DNA from: Ramazzottius varieornatus
Lineage: Eukaryota; Animalia; Tardigrada
Length of the DNA: 64,000 nucleotides
Direction of reading: 5' to 3'
NCBI GenBank assembly: GCA_001949185.1
Contig: BDGG01000002.1
Span: 6,190,448-6,254,447, forward strand
A program made the position numbers and the translations under genes. Shown piece by piece: positions 36,538 through 50,600 of the stretch (positions are counted from its first letter, which is position 1; every line of letters begins with the position of its first letter). The notes under the pieces are model-generated. The model searched no databases, had not been told where the DNA came from, and was given only the letters and a program-made list of their open reading frames with translations.

Positions 36538-39500
36538 ATGGACCAGATGGACTGTCGGACTATGCTGCCGCTATTTTTATTATTTTTAGTAAGCTTTTGG
36601 GCTCGTTATGGAACAGCCCGACAGATCTCGGAACCGGCCAAGAGCAATCTTCGTCCTGTTGAACTAGCCTGGGGAATAGCGGAAGTCCAAACGCCTCTTG
36701 GAAGACTATTCAACTACACCATACAAAAGGATGCTTTTGATGGAGATATCGCCAATATCAAGGTAAGGATAAAAGTGACAGGAAGACCAACTAGATGGGT
36801 TTAGGTGGCAGGTTAGGGATCAGAGTGTATGAACTATCCTGTCCACCTGCATACATTGAACCCCGTTTTAGACACGAGGTTCGTGTACGCTGGTACTTGC
36901 GCGATGGGTAAGCCTTCTGCCGGTTGAACGAATTCCGAATTCTATATGCGATGGCTTCCCGAAACAAAAATTGCAGTTATTTTTATGTGAGTATGGAGTG
37001 GAAAGCGTTCTATCGGGATACAATGGAGGTGAAATCATCCATTCCGGAATGTCGTTGAGTATAGTCGTATAGTTGATTTCGTTTTTATAGGCTTGGAAGT
37101 GCATATGTTGTGGTAGCCATTGTTTGAACAGGCGAACCTTCTGAACGTGATGGAATGTCAGATCGTTTACCGTTTAGTGTGATCATCAAGCCAACATGGA
37201 ATATGGTGTTGCTGTTATGGATGTGAGGTGGTAATGTTTCGACGCTGGAGTTTAAAATTTGCCAAAATATCACTTCCGGTTGGTATGGAGGAGGAAGTCT
37301 TTTCTCATAGTTTTCTTCCCGTGCATAAACCGTTTCATGCACTCTGCGTGAGGTTTATCTTTTTCCAGGGCGCACAGTATCAGCAAATGGGCTTGAGCTT
37401 GCTGTTTGTGTTGTCTTCATCGACGTTATCGATTTTTTTGTCGAAAGCGGTGGATGGAAGAGTCACAAAGAATGCGTGGCGTGGCTTTTTATCTCGTTGT
37501 TATCATACGTTATACCGATTCAGGTTTGGAAGCTTTTAGGAGAAAGTCGATGAGACCTATACAGCAAAAGGGCCTATGTGTCATTGCTCGCTGTAGCCTG
37601 CATGAGGAAAGAGTAGAGAGATTAGGCCATTATGTCGGCTATATAGAGGAGGAACCATTCTTCGATATGCTTTCCATATCGCATATCGCTATGGGTGAAT
37701 ACTACAGCGTATAGCGTCACAAGATGCCGACGAAGCACGTCACCTTTGTGTTTGCCCAAGTCAGTCATAATTTTGAGAAAGGCGCTTCTGCTCTACTGAC
37801 TCGTCCTAAATCGATAACGCTACAAGGTATCGGCGTAATATTCTGCTGGGCCATGTTTACGGTACGTCTGGTATCCTTCTGCCAGGCAGGCTCAGCTCTT
37901 GAGTTGCTCGTAATGTAGAGCAAACTTTATGCTGAAACAACGGATACTTGGTTCCATTGAAAATTCAACCGTACTTTAATCTGCCTAGAGTAATACCAGG
38001 TCTATATCCACTTAAATCTATTGAGGTTATCTAGGCTCTAAAACATTGCTTATCGATATTAAGCCTCGTAAGCCAAGTTTGGAGAAGAAAGTAATCGCCA
38101 GACTGGCTTTCCAACGCTGGGGTTCTTCGCGTCGTTACACCAACTGGTTCGTCCATATGCGGCCATAATATCGCGCTCAAAGTTCCATGTTTGAATCACC
38201 GCCGCCGCCGCAATATTCATGCAAGTGCTCATGAGCAAATGTTGCAGCTGCAATATAACAAGAAAGACCACTCAGTATGAATGCCTTCAAATTTAGGCGC
38301 AACACGACAGATGTTTGTTTGTCCTGTACGCTTCCATAAGCTCAGTAGACTGTGGAGAGCTTGTTTGCTACATTGTGGGTGCGAATGGTAATCTTTTAGC
38401 AATGACATATGCTATTATGACGCAGCTAACTCGATCGAGGGACCCTACTGTGCAACCAGCCAAGAACCGCGGCAGTGGGCCGACGAGGTCGCCATCCGTC
38501 GTGCTGCCAACGTTTCCTGTTTTTGGCCATACGGCATGTTCCGTGATGTCCTTCTGACATTCGTTAGTCTGCCAGGGCGTGCCCAAGCATCTTCTAATTT
38601 CCCGAAAGACAAAGAAAGATAGTGAGGATATATTCTGGGCGCTTGGAAGGAGGAAAGTGTGCAGACAGCCAAGAAGGCTATTTTTAGATAAATAATCTAG
38701 GAAAGGATGCTTCGCGATCTGAGTTGTGTTCTCTTTGGCAATGCACGTCCTTGACTTGCCATGTAGCAAAGCAACATACCGAGAAAATGTCTACATCGCT
38801 TAATTCAAGACATGCTGGAAAATATTCAGTGCAATCTTACTATTCTGGAAAATATCACGACGATTTTTAGCGTGAGTTTGTCTTTTCCATATTTACGGAA
38901 GTCACAAAACATAGTGACATGTGAAGTGTGCTTGCGCAACTTGAAAGAATGGCATGATGAGACAAAGAGGGGGAGAATGAGCAATTATCGCCGCAGTGCG
39001 CAGCGCAATTTGCCGTAATTCTCGACGCGATTTTTTACTAGTTGGCCTCAAGGACATAATGATAGTCTGGTGATGAGGGGAAATTAAGTTATTGTGTTTT
39101 GGACATTATTAGCTGGCGAGAGTCGTTCAGTCCGGGGATGCTCTGTTAATATTGTCTCCCGCTTCCGTTCTGGTCTATTTACAGTGGCGCAAGCACCAGA
39201 GGACACTCCTGGGACTGAATCGATAATTGTTTCTCTGCTGCCGGCTGAGCTACATTTGGGGCGGATCATGGATGGGTGAATGCATGACCGGCATGCTCTA
39301 GGAGGTGGAATTTAGAGAAAAGTGATACAAGGAAGGAGCCCATCGGAGTAGTAATTCATGTTTCGAGCGTGCGGCGGCATGTGCAGATGCATACTGCCAT
39401 CTGCCCAATGCATTGAACGGCTTGGTCAGCCTCAATTAGCCATTACAACCTACGCGTTGGACTTTAAACGCGAGAGTCGTATATAAAAATATTCAGCGGA

Positions 39501-42500
39501 TACTTGAAAGCCCCGTGAATTACACAGCGAAATGTCTTTTAATACGATTGAACATCGATTGATTTATGGCGGTAGGACATGGTCAGTTGTTTTCCGTGTT
39601 GCGTTTCATTGACCCGACGGCGACAGAGCCTCCCGCAAGATTGCACCGGCCTTGCAGTTGCAAAATGTATGATGAGGGTGCTGGGATACGGAGGAAAGAG
39701 AGAAACTTAATCATTTTCCGTTTGGGTTGCTTTGATAAGCCTGAGCCGAGATTTGCACCGCGCCGCGGCCAAAGGATTTATAAAAGCCGGCAGCGCGTCT
39801 TGTTGGTCTGAAGGCTATGAACTGATGGGAGATGAAGCATTCCATGGTCAGGCCTTGCGGTAACAAGGCAGATTTAGAAAGTGAAGTCAGGCGATGACTG
39901 GATTTCACACAAGGAAGGAGATCGAAGCTGGTCAGCGATGGATTTTATACAGTCTGTACTGTATTGATGAAGAGATGTGTTGACCATATGTTGTTTCACA
40001 ATTAGATTGGCGAGTCTGGCCACTATCTGGTTTCACTTAGACTTGACTGGGTTGCCTGTTAGTTCGGGCTATTTGGCAGGGCAGATCGCCTTCCTTTCCA
40101 CGGGACGAAAGGTGGGAAGTGCAGGAAGATGAGCATTGTGGAATGTCAAGTATCCCGCCTCATAGTCGATCAAATGGCGCAGCGTGATAGCACTGCCGGC
40201 TTTGATCAACAGCAGGCTCCGGCTTCATGTTACTATCTAACGTCCTGTAAATAAGGCGAGTGAGCTTGATAGAACGCGATGGGCGTATTCACTTCCCTCC
40301 TTCGTTTTAAAAGGATTACAGTCCTGTGCACATGCAACGCCAACTTCGCCGGGAAAAGACCATCCATCAAAGAATTAATATCCTTTTGCCGCAATCTCAC
40401 CAAACAGACGTCAATGGTCTCTCCATCACTTTTGCACGTTCTCATCAAGATCATAAAACTAGCTAGTGGTTCTGACCACTGGAAAGGCCGAGCAAAGGAG
40501 GCAAACCATTGTAGAGCGAGCACTTTAACTTGTGACTCACAGTACGGTTCCCCAGTAAAATTTTTAATCGCCCCGGTCAAGTGGCGTGTCTTTTTCAGTA
40601 CTGTGTTTGCGATATCTGAAAGCTCGAAGAATCTGATCGTCCATTGAAATCTCGACAGAGGTTCATTCAACCGCGCGGCTCTTCAATGGCTTGTGTGCAA
40701 AAAAATCAAGACTGACGAGAATGGTTACACCAAACAGCGATCTCAAAGTGCGAGATAGTTGAACAAAATCAAACAACGGAAAAAAAATATCAAAAAACCT
40801 TTTCGTTATTTCGTTAAGTCCACGACAGGGTCAAGCTGAAGTCGACTGAAATGGGGCTATTTGGAAAGACGAGCGGTAATTATTGTTGCACGATATCGAC
40901 ATAATTTATATATATATGACATACATGTGCGTGACAATAATAAAGGGATTCCGTTCTGACAGTTTGTTTTGCATAACGAGACATGATACGCTGCTTGCTC
41001 TGCTTGGTCAGACGACTTGCAAGTGATGAGAAGGGATTGTTTCTCAGTGTTTTATGTTCCAGTTGAGAGATGTTCCGTCACTTTTACTTTGAACCGGCGA
41101 AGGAAGGAAGGAGGCTTCAAAGCGTAGACAAGGATAACGTTTTGGTGCCGCAAACAATCGTCCGATGAGGGTTAGGATTGACAGTTGAAATGTTTGCCCA
41201 CCGATTACCTCAGGTTTCGTCTTAGATGTGCTTTCTGACTGAAGAGCTTGCGGATTGTAAAGTGTGCCATGTTATGCGATGTGTTAAAAGTGGATAATGT
41301 TAGTGGGTACAGTATCGTCTTGCAAAGTTGCGAGCTAGGGCGGACATCACGCGCCGACCATGCAAGCATCGAATCCGCCAAATAGTCGAAGGCGTCTCAA
41401 TTTATCAAGTTTATTGCAAGAAGGTGCTGCGGCTGTTGAGATGAGCACCCGGCTTTGGAGACTCTGTAAACGTGCAAGCGCCAGTCATGTTCTACGTGAT
41501 GTTAGTCACTTTCCTCAAAAGAAATACATCCATTTTTAATGCTAATATCTCTTCAAAGTATTCGTAAACGATAACGACACGAGAAGCGATTAAGACAAGT
41601 TGAGTCGATGCGCAAAATTATTCTCCCATCCAACACAAATGGCACTTCAGAATGACCAGGCCGACGATGGAAGATATTAAAGCTCTACTTTCTGCTCCAG
41701 TTCTTCGTTCTTATCGCTTCGGACATTTGTACCATGTGTAAAGCTCTCAACGTGGGTCGTCGATGAAAACAGAGTTCTAAATACTAATCTAGACCTGTTG
41801 ACAGAATGAGGAAGTACCTCAAAATTAGTGTGCCTATGAATAATCGAAGTGTGTAGACGATATTCACAGCAGTGAGTCAATCATGAGGGTCATTTGACTC
41901 GTTCCAAAAGGGTCAAATATTCAAAAGGGAACTATTTGTGGTTGATGAGTCATATTTGAATATGGTGGTACCATCAGCATCGATTTGGATGCTAATTTGA
42001 TTAAACTGAATGCATTGCTAATTGAGTTTCTTTACAGGTCACAGAAGCCGATAAAGGCTCTCTTCCCGGGTGGCTGACTTTCGATTCAAAGAACCGGCAG
42101 TTTGTTGGTCTACCATACCAAGCCAAAGATGTGGGTGCCCATTACATTGCGGTAACAGTATTTGGTCACAACGGTGCCTCGGTCGAAGATGTCTTCACGT
42201 TGATCGTCACCGAGGCTGACCCCAAAGCTCCTTGCTCATCTGAAGCTGCTCAAACCATCCTGACACTCCTTCTGGACATTGACTGGTCAACTTACAAGCA
42301 AGCCCAGCAAATCGAATTACTAGGTAATCAGAATTTTTTGAAAATCATGAACATGGTACGTTTAAATAAAACCAAAAGTCCAGCCCGTCAAATCGGGCGC
42401 GGTCCCACCTTGGTTTCTACTCGGACATACCATTGTCGAACGAAAGGGCGAATTTTTTTCTACGCTGTGGGAACTGTTCTGTTGTTGACCAACTGAAATG

Positions 42501-44730
42501 AACCATAACAGTAACATATTCTGTTCATTAGGTAAATTCAGTAACTACATGGACATTCAAGTGGCGGACTTTAAAGTGTCGCCGATGGTCGGAAGTGGTG
42601 CGACCAGTCTTTTCGACTCGGCAGCCCTGATTGCAGGACCAGGCAATGTCAAGGAGGTCAAGTACCCTGGAATCAAGCTGTCTTCAGTAGTCGGATGTGA
42701 TGGAAATTTGGATGGCAGCCGGAATAAGGAACTGACCAAGTTTGTGGAAGAAGCGGCCCGCGATGGATCCATGGCGTCCTTCACAGGGGCCGACGTTACC
42801 GGCTGGACATTGACCACTTCTCGACCGGTCATCCAGCCTCGCCATCGACGACAGAATTTCCTCAACACCCCGGAGCCCAGTCCGATTATTCCAACGATGG
42901 TGGTGCAGCCGGGAGGCTATAATCAGGCCACACCGCATCTGCCAACGGCTGGAACATATCCGCAGCACCCTGATGATACATCGGTCACACATGGCGGTGA
43001 TGGTGAAATTGTCCATGGCATTCGCCCAACTGGGACTTATGGCCGAACTACCGCACCCACAGCTGCTGTGGATCAGTCTGGGGCGACACCTGAGTTGCCG
43101 GTCACTCCACCACCACCGACACCTCCACCCAGTCCTTTCGACAGATCGTCCAAGAGACCGCATGATATCAGTATTATGGAAAGCAAACCACCCAGGCCTG
43201 GGAAACCGATTGCCGGTGGGATGCCTATCGTTGCTGTGGCTGGAGACTACTTTACTTACGAGGTGCGACTTTTTGGTCATTTTGATTATTTTAGAATATT
43301 TTTTGACACCGTGCATTGGCCCAGCTATTAATGTTAAACAGTCTTACCATGATTTCATTCGTATCTATAGATTCCGACAGATGCTTACGAGGATGTTGAT
43401 AGCTCAAACGTTAAAGTGAGTCTGTTGGAGCAAGATGACAAGAATGGCTGGATCCGACTGGACAAGAAAGAGAATGGCGGTCATGTTCTCACCGGTCTTC
43501 CCTTAGCCGACGTTGCAGGTCCCCGAGAGTACCATCTGGACGTTACTGATGGTTCGAGCAGCATTCAGATTCCTTTCAAGATTGACGTCAATGCCAAGGA
43601 CGACAGCAAGTCTGAGTAAGTTACAAGTCATCGTTAATCCGATCCGGAATGTTGTTTTTGTAGCTTTTGATCAAACTCATATGCCCTCTCCTTACAGCTA
43701 CAACCATGAGGTTGAAGCCATGTTGAACGAGCCGTTCGATCAGTTCAACCTCAACCGACGTCTGTCCTTTGTGGATACCCTGAGGACCTACTACGGGGAC
43801 GCCAAGCCCAACAATATTATTCTAAGATCCATCAAGGCCGGCTCGACGCACGTGGTGTGGACCAACGACACGCTCACAGGGAGTCAGTGCGACGACCCTG
43901 CGCTAACGTCTGTTACCAGGAAAATCCAGAACGAAGACGGTTCGGTCAACGAAGACTTTAGGAACAGGTTCGCCGCATCGGGCTTCAAGGTCGACAAAGT
44001 CTCTGTCCGGAAAATAGGTACGCCAACAAAATCTGACAGATCGAAGAGTATCGATCGAAAGAGTACTCCCTCTTTACCGGTCCAGATTTCTCAATTGGTT
44101 GCAGGACCCTGTGCCGAGAACGCCAAGCAAGAAGCTCCAAGTGACATCGTCATGTCCATGGTCATACCTATCGTGATCGTAGCAGCTCTGTTACTGGTCG
44201 CTTGTTGCGTTGGATGTTACCTGTACCGAAAGAGAAGACGAGTAAGTCGAATTCCATTCAGTGTAGTGCATGACTGAAGGAGCTGGAAATTATTTGCAAC
44301 CCGGAAGTCGAAGTTTCTCCCCGCATATAAGGACTGGCTTTTAACTTATGTTAGCGGTATTGGTACTAACGGCTGCATGTTTGTGTTTGTACAGGGAAAG
44401 ATGTCCACCGAAAGTGAACAAATCTTTACGGGTAAAAACAAACCCGTCATACTTCCAGGAGAGATCAACGACAACTATCCAAAAGGAAACAACGGTGCTA
44501 GTAAAAAACCGACCGTGATCGCCGACGAGCGGCCACCAGTCCCACCACCCGTCTATCCTGGTCGTAGTCCACCCAACACCCGTAGTCAAGCTGCAGCCAA
44601 CTTTAACCACCATAACGACCAAGATGGACCCAGAGAAAACCATCCTTTGCTTACGATGGCTCCAGCCGGAGACAACCGACATCCCCCTAAACTACAGCTT
44701 GTTTCACCGTCCTCGAGAGACAACCAGTAG
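36538..44730 (+). CDS. Dg: Dystroglycan, multi-exon with a ~5.3-kb first coding intron (36763-~42037)
   Basis: Signal peptide; Ig/cadherin-like N-domain (GRLFNYTIQKDAF|VTEADKGSLPGWLTFD); LFDSAALIAGPGN; furin site RHRR; Thr/Pro-rich mucin stretch; second CADG domain (AGDYFTYE|IPTDAYEDVD); SEA-like alpha/beta cleavage GSTHVVWTNDTL; TM VIPIVIVAALLLVACCVGCYLY followed by RKRR|GKM...KPVILPGE and PPVY. Confidence 0.95.
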
Positions 44731-45171
44731 TTGAGATGAAGAACCCCCAGAACTTCGTTTATATTCACATTGCTTTGTTTTGTACTTGTTCGTTTGTTTC
44801 TTATTACGTTTGCGCCGATATCCAACGTGATAGGAAGGATATGGACTACAGCTGGCATTTAGGTAGCTTTCATCTTACGCTTATTTCACTTCACTTTGGT
44901 ACATACTTTGGTACGATGGACTCTTATTGTTTTACATTTTAACTATGACGGTTGTTTGTTGAGGGATTTATATTCATTGTAGTGTTGTGTTATAGTCCAC
45001 TTTCACCTATTTTGATATCTAGTGCAAACCGTTTTTTGGCAGTTTCATCTGATTGCAAAGCAACTACTGCAGTAAAATCTGGCACTCAAGAAAATCCAGT
45101 CGTAGAAGTTACGAAATATGAAACTTCAAGCAAATGTATGTAACTCACTTGGAAAAGGAGCTCTGAGGCCT

Positions 45172-46863
45172 TCACATGTCTTCCGTGCTCCACTTGTATG
45201 CTTGTTCATTAGTGGCAGTCTTGTTCGAAATTCGGTTGAACCGAGTCTTCTCGAATCCATTCGACCGGTCAAGGCCATCCCATCGATATCCCGGAAGTAT
45301 TCCATAACGGTTTGGAGGAGGTGGCGGACCGTTGTACTTGGGACGCTCCACTGCAACGAACCACATTATTAGCATAAGCCTTACATACAGTAGTACCACA
45401 TGAAGTAAATACAGTTACTGACTCACCTTTGGTGGTAGCGGAAGCACTTCCTTTCTTCTTCGACAGGTATTCCAACATGGGGTCTCCGATCCTGTCCTGT
45501 GCTTTCAGCAAGGCATCCCGGTCAGCATCGTCCACGTATCGAGCTAGAGGCTTATCCATTTCATGAAGAGCATCTTCACGCCCTTGTTCTCTCTCTTTTG
45601 CTTGGGCCAACCTGCAAACATGTGCTGTGTGATGCATTGATATTTAGTGCAAAGGAAGCTTCTTCTCGACCTACCCTTTCCCCCATTTGTCGTATCTTTC
45701 GTTATGTTTCCTTTCGCGTTCGGCTTTTTCGGCTTCTGCAGCTCGTTCCGCCTCGACATCCCGTTTCTTTCCTGTCTTTCTATCACGGTATATGGTCTCA
45801 GCACCACGGCCACTGATGTCTGCATCCATCTTCTTGAACATCTCATCTTCGCGCTGCCTTCTTTGGTCCATCTCTTCGCGTAGTGTCCGAGCATTCTGAA
45901 TACCCGCAGACATACCTGAAAGAGTTTTTGTAGGGAGACCTCTGCGTTCTTCTGTGCGTGAAGATCGATCATCGTGACGAACGGACTGCCCACGTGGAGG
46001 TGAAAGATCCTCGGAGTCATCCCTTCGCCTTCTTCCGTCTTCGGAACCTGCATATTAATGCGTATGAATCGCAGCAACACCCAGTCCTGGAAATCCGCGG
46101 AAGTATAGAAGGCAAACAGAGCACATTACTTACGAGTATTTGACTTTGAGTCACGACGAGACCCAAAAGGTCTAATTTCATCAGCTCTGCTGGAGCTTTC
46201 AGCAGGACGACTGAATCTGGCAGGGGACAAATCCGAGTCTGGCGAATCTCGTTGTGTTCTGCTTGTCCTAGGTGCGTTCATTTTTCTCTTAGTAGAAGTA
46301 TCACGATCAGACGATAAGTCTGAATCCTCAGCTTTACCATTCTGTTGTCTTGTAGTTTTAGGCTCGTTACGTCGAGGAAGCGAAATGTCGGAGTCCGGAC
46401 TTTCCTGCCTTCTTCTCGACTGTTTCTGTCGGGGTGGTGAGATATCCGAGTCGGGGCTTTCACGCTTTATCTTCAAATGGCTTCTGTCACCATTCCGTTC
46501 CGCAGAAGAGGGATTTTGGGCGATGGATTTCCACTTGGTGCTATCTGACATGCCTTTTGGAATAGTCTCATCGTTGATCTCCGCGATCGTAGGTGCTAGT
46601 TCTTCGTCATCGTGGTCAGCAGGTTTTCTGGACTTACCACTTAAAGCAACGTCTGTATCAATAACTGTGATCCTGAAAAGCAATACAGTTCTTATGAGCA
46701 GAGCATGTTGCTTAGAATTCAACATCAGCATTCAGCAAATGATTTACCCTTTTCCAGAAAGTTTCATCTTCTTTTTCTTCTTCTTCCGTTGATCCCCTGC
46801 GTCCTTCCCATCCGACATGTACCGCTTCAAATAACTGAGCTTGTTGACAGCGCCAGTAGCCAT
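45172..46863 (-). CDS. BUD13: BUD13 homolog (RES splicing/retention complex), multi-exon
   Basis: N-terminal YLKRYMS, SPDSDISPPR-type repeats, GRGAETIYRD, KWGKGLAQ, KPLARYVDDAD, GDPM, and C-terminal PPNRYGILPGYRWDGLDRSNGFE...AYKWSTEDM*. Confidence 0.97.
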
Positions 46864-47680
46864 CCTAAACGAAGTTACAGAACGAGAATTCTGACCCAAA
46901 TGATCTGAAAAGTGAGGGAGAACAAGGAAAACAAAATCGGATCACGTGAAAATCGGACAATTCCGAATTTCCAATCCCAAGTTCAGTAACGCGATTGCGA
47001 ATACAAGTATACTCGAACGACGTATGAGTTGATTTAGTCATCTTGATTGCATGTCTGCGGAAGAACAGCTTGCCCGCCTTCCCGGTTCGTGGTGCCCACG
47101 GTGGCCACGACTCATGAACTCCTAAGGTTTATCGCTTTGGCTTCGCTCCGGGAAGATTCTATACCAGAAATGTATCAAAGATACACAGATACCTAGAAGC
47201 ATCACACACCTGCCGATCGTCTGATTATTGGTCCACAACCAAGGCGACATAAGCATCCATGTTTTTCAGCGAGGCGTTGGTAACATCCGAAGGGAACTCC
47301 GCGAACGACCCTGACTGATACTGTAGTACTTCAAACGAGCACGTTGGAACACCTGGCAAAATTTCGCATTTATACTTCGCTGGCGCGCATAATACATGAG
47401 CAAATATACCAGTAGAGTCCGCCGAACCCGTGATCCTGCACGGTCCGGGTCTCGAATCACGGACCCGTGTTAACTCTGTTTCTTTTTACAGGAATGACCG
47501 AAACGACATTCTGAGGTATATGATCATTATAGGCTTCAGGCTAGTCGCTCGCATGCCGAACCAGTTAAGACTTAAATAGAAGAACTTTGTACAGTAAAAA
47601 AATAAAATCAGATCACTCGCGATCTTTGATTTGCAAAAAGGAAGATTTTATTGGGAAAACGTCAAAAAGAATGAAAACCA

Positions 47681-50600
47681 TCAACGAATCCATTCTGCTG
47701 GTACCCATTGAGCTTCTCTTTCTAATCGGTTTATCTCGCTTAAAAGATAAGAAAAGGTCGAACCCTCGTCGGTGTTCTCTATCACCAGATCGATGAAATG
47801 TCCATACGTTTCCTCGATTTCGTTCGCGTCCTCTATTATCCGTCTGGCCGTCAGTTCCTGCAATTAGGATAGTCGTCCAGATCAAATATACAGAACACAT
47901 TACCGTACAGCATGAAAACCTACATCAGCCGGGACGCCCATCCTCATTCTGTTGTGCTGCAGCATATCCAAAGGAGGAGGCACTATCAGCACCACAAAGG
48001 GCTTGAAATTGGAAGCACGAAGAATGGCTACTGCAGATGGTTCGACAACCAGCAAACAAACTTTGCCCGTCGATATTACATCGTTTACGGCAGGAATGCT
48101 TGTTCCATATGTGTGTCTTTCGAACACACCAAACTCAACAAACTGATGCTGTATAACCATTCCATCGAACTGGTGTTTGGTCACAAAGTGATACTCGTGA
48201 TTGTGCACATCGCCAGGTTTGGCTGGACGAGTGGTGTGCGATATCGGCTTGGCGAACCGGTCGGGATCAGAAACTATTAGCTTCTCCAAGAGCTCCTTAC
48301 GACCCATATGCGCAGGTCCCAGGAGAACGATGGGCCGCCTCTGCCCAGGCTTCGGGTAGAAGAGCGCTACTTCCTCGTACCAAGGAACCTCACCAACGCC
48401 CAGATCTAAACAAACGAAGAATATCATGAGTAAAGCCAGTAAACCTTGTGCATATCTTCCAAAGCCGGGAAAATAATTGTTTACCTAGAGGTGAGCCATT
48501 TATCACAGGTCTTCTCTTCTTAGACTTGTCCAGCTTCTTTCCACTGAATCGATTACTGGAAACAGTGTCTTTCTTGCCGCGACCCGCACGGGCATTCTTG
48601 AAGCTGTCCTCTCTCATTAGGTAGTCATGTCGTCTTTGTTGCTACACGGAAGAAGATACAGTGATTACTGACTGAAGCGCATGTATGAATGGGGTAAGTT
48701 GCTTACGTGGTCTGTACTCGGAATGAGTCCAGCGAGAACCGAGCCGACTTCTTCCCCGTCGCGGTTGGCTTGCCACCAGCATTTGTCGTCTCTATTTAAG
48801 ATATGCAGAATATCTCGTTTGCGGAAAGACAAGCCCAGTTTCTCGCAAGGGCACTGCAAGGCTTCGACATAGGGGTCGTTCTCCGGGTCGTAATCAAAAT
48901 TGGCTCGCACATGCAGGGCGTAATCTCGGCGTGGCGGCATATCAAGCGAATGTTGGCCCGGCAATATCATGAACGTCAAAGTACCGACCATCCGTGCCTA
49001 TGAATATGGAACCGCTTATAAATTATAATCAGCCGACAATATAATTTCTAATTAAATAAATTTACAACGAAGCTCTAGCGTGGTTCTTGGGCGTGTTTCA
49101 GTCGAGCAATCCCCCTCCCCCCTCCCCGTGTCCTACCAACTTTTCTTTTTTCCCGATTTCATTAGTTGACAAGGTTGCTCAGTCTACTTAAAAGCGAGGT
49201 CAATAAAAATCTCGTCTTTTTTCTTTTAGGCAGATCGCAACTGGCTTGAGACATCTGTGGGGACAATGCATCTGACAGATGTCAATTTTGTTGAAGTTTA
49301 TTGAAACAACCAAACAGGCCCCAGCATGGCTTTAATCAGAGACACTTGCTGCGGAAAGTTGGAGCGTTTGCAACTAACACACAGCGCAATTGCCAATATC
49401 AACACAGCAGCACGCTCAAGCCCCAGTGCCGTATGCTTTAATGACATGACGGTCACGTACTCACCAAGAGTTCAGAAACTTCGTCGAGCGACCTGCCTCG
49501 TAGTTCAATGCTGTTGACTTCCAGCAACTCGTCGCCCTCGTGAAGTAGTCCTACAAAGACACACACATGCATCATCAAGCTCCCTCAGCGAGTCCTTCTA
49601 GCCACTCTACATGGAAAAACAAGCACTTACCACTCTTTTGGGCTGCTCCACCATGGACGATCCTGGCTATAATGACCGAACCATTTGCCTCATCAATCCT
49701 TATTGTCGCTCCCAAGAACGTGTCAGCATTCTTCTCGATCCGGACGATCCTAGGCATATCGAGCCCATTATATTGTAGTTGCATAGGCGGGTAGGCACCA
49801 CTGGCGCTATTATCAGGCATCGATTGAGCCTGACTGACAGCTTCTCCAACCGCCACTGTCGCAGCGTTGCTGTTGAAGCTCGAATTGCCATCAAGCAAGC
49901 TGTTGATGTTGCCTCGACTGAGCATAAGTTTCGTCTCGTTGGTTTCATCTGCAAAACCAACATCATTATCATGAGATCGAATATCTTCCGAAAATCGAAC
50001 ACGGATGCCGATAGACAAAAATGCATCAACCTGTCACAGACCAGCCTACATGCGGCTGATACGAACAGACGTGCAAATGTATGCAGATACTTGACAGACC
50101 GAATTTAGCCCTGTGCCAACTCTCCAGTTTGAACAAAAACAAAGACAAAACAACGTAAGTTCTGAAAAACACCAAATCGAAAAAGTATAATAAATCAAGC
50201 GGAGGAAAACAGTTTTTGAACAAGATTAAAATACCTGAGTAATTCATTCTTTTTCCCTGTAGACACATTTGAATGAAAAGAAAGAATAGACAGAAGAAGA
50301 TACATACCTTTGCTTTGCGGGTTGACGTGATTCAACTGCGCCAGCTTGATAGTTTCCTTGGCTAGCTCATCATGAGCCAGTATGAATTGTTTGAATTCCG
50401 GCGTTGATAGAATGGCTCGAAGCTCCTGAACTTCTTGACTAGCGGGAGAGTGCGGCAAGAGTTTGAGCACATTGTTGGTTAGTGAGTCTGCGTCAGCGGA
50501 AACCGGTTCCGTTATTTGCAGTTGCCGTCTCTCAATCAAGTTATGCAGGTCGGCTGCATTATGGAAGGCCCGACTATTAAAGAGCGATTCAATAAAGCTC

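Noticed and set aside
36868-40670. Short ORFs inside the dystroglycan intron as a nested gene
   Set aside because: No recognisable domains and no consistent splice chain; frames close quickly upstream.
46200-46470. Repeated SPDSD(I/L)SPxR motifs
   Set aside because: Known feature of BUD13 proteins, not novel.
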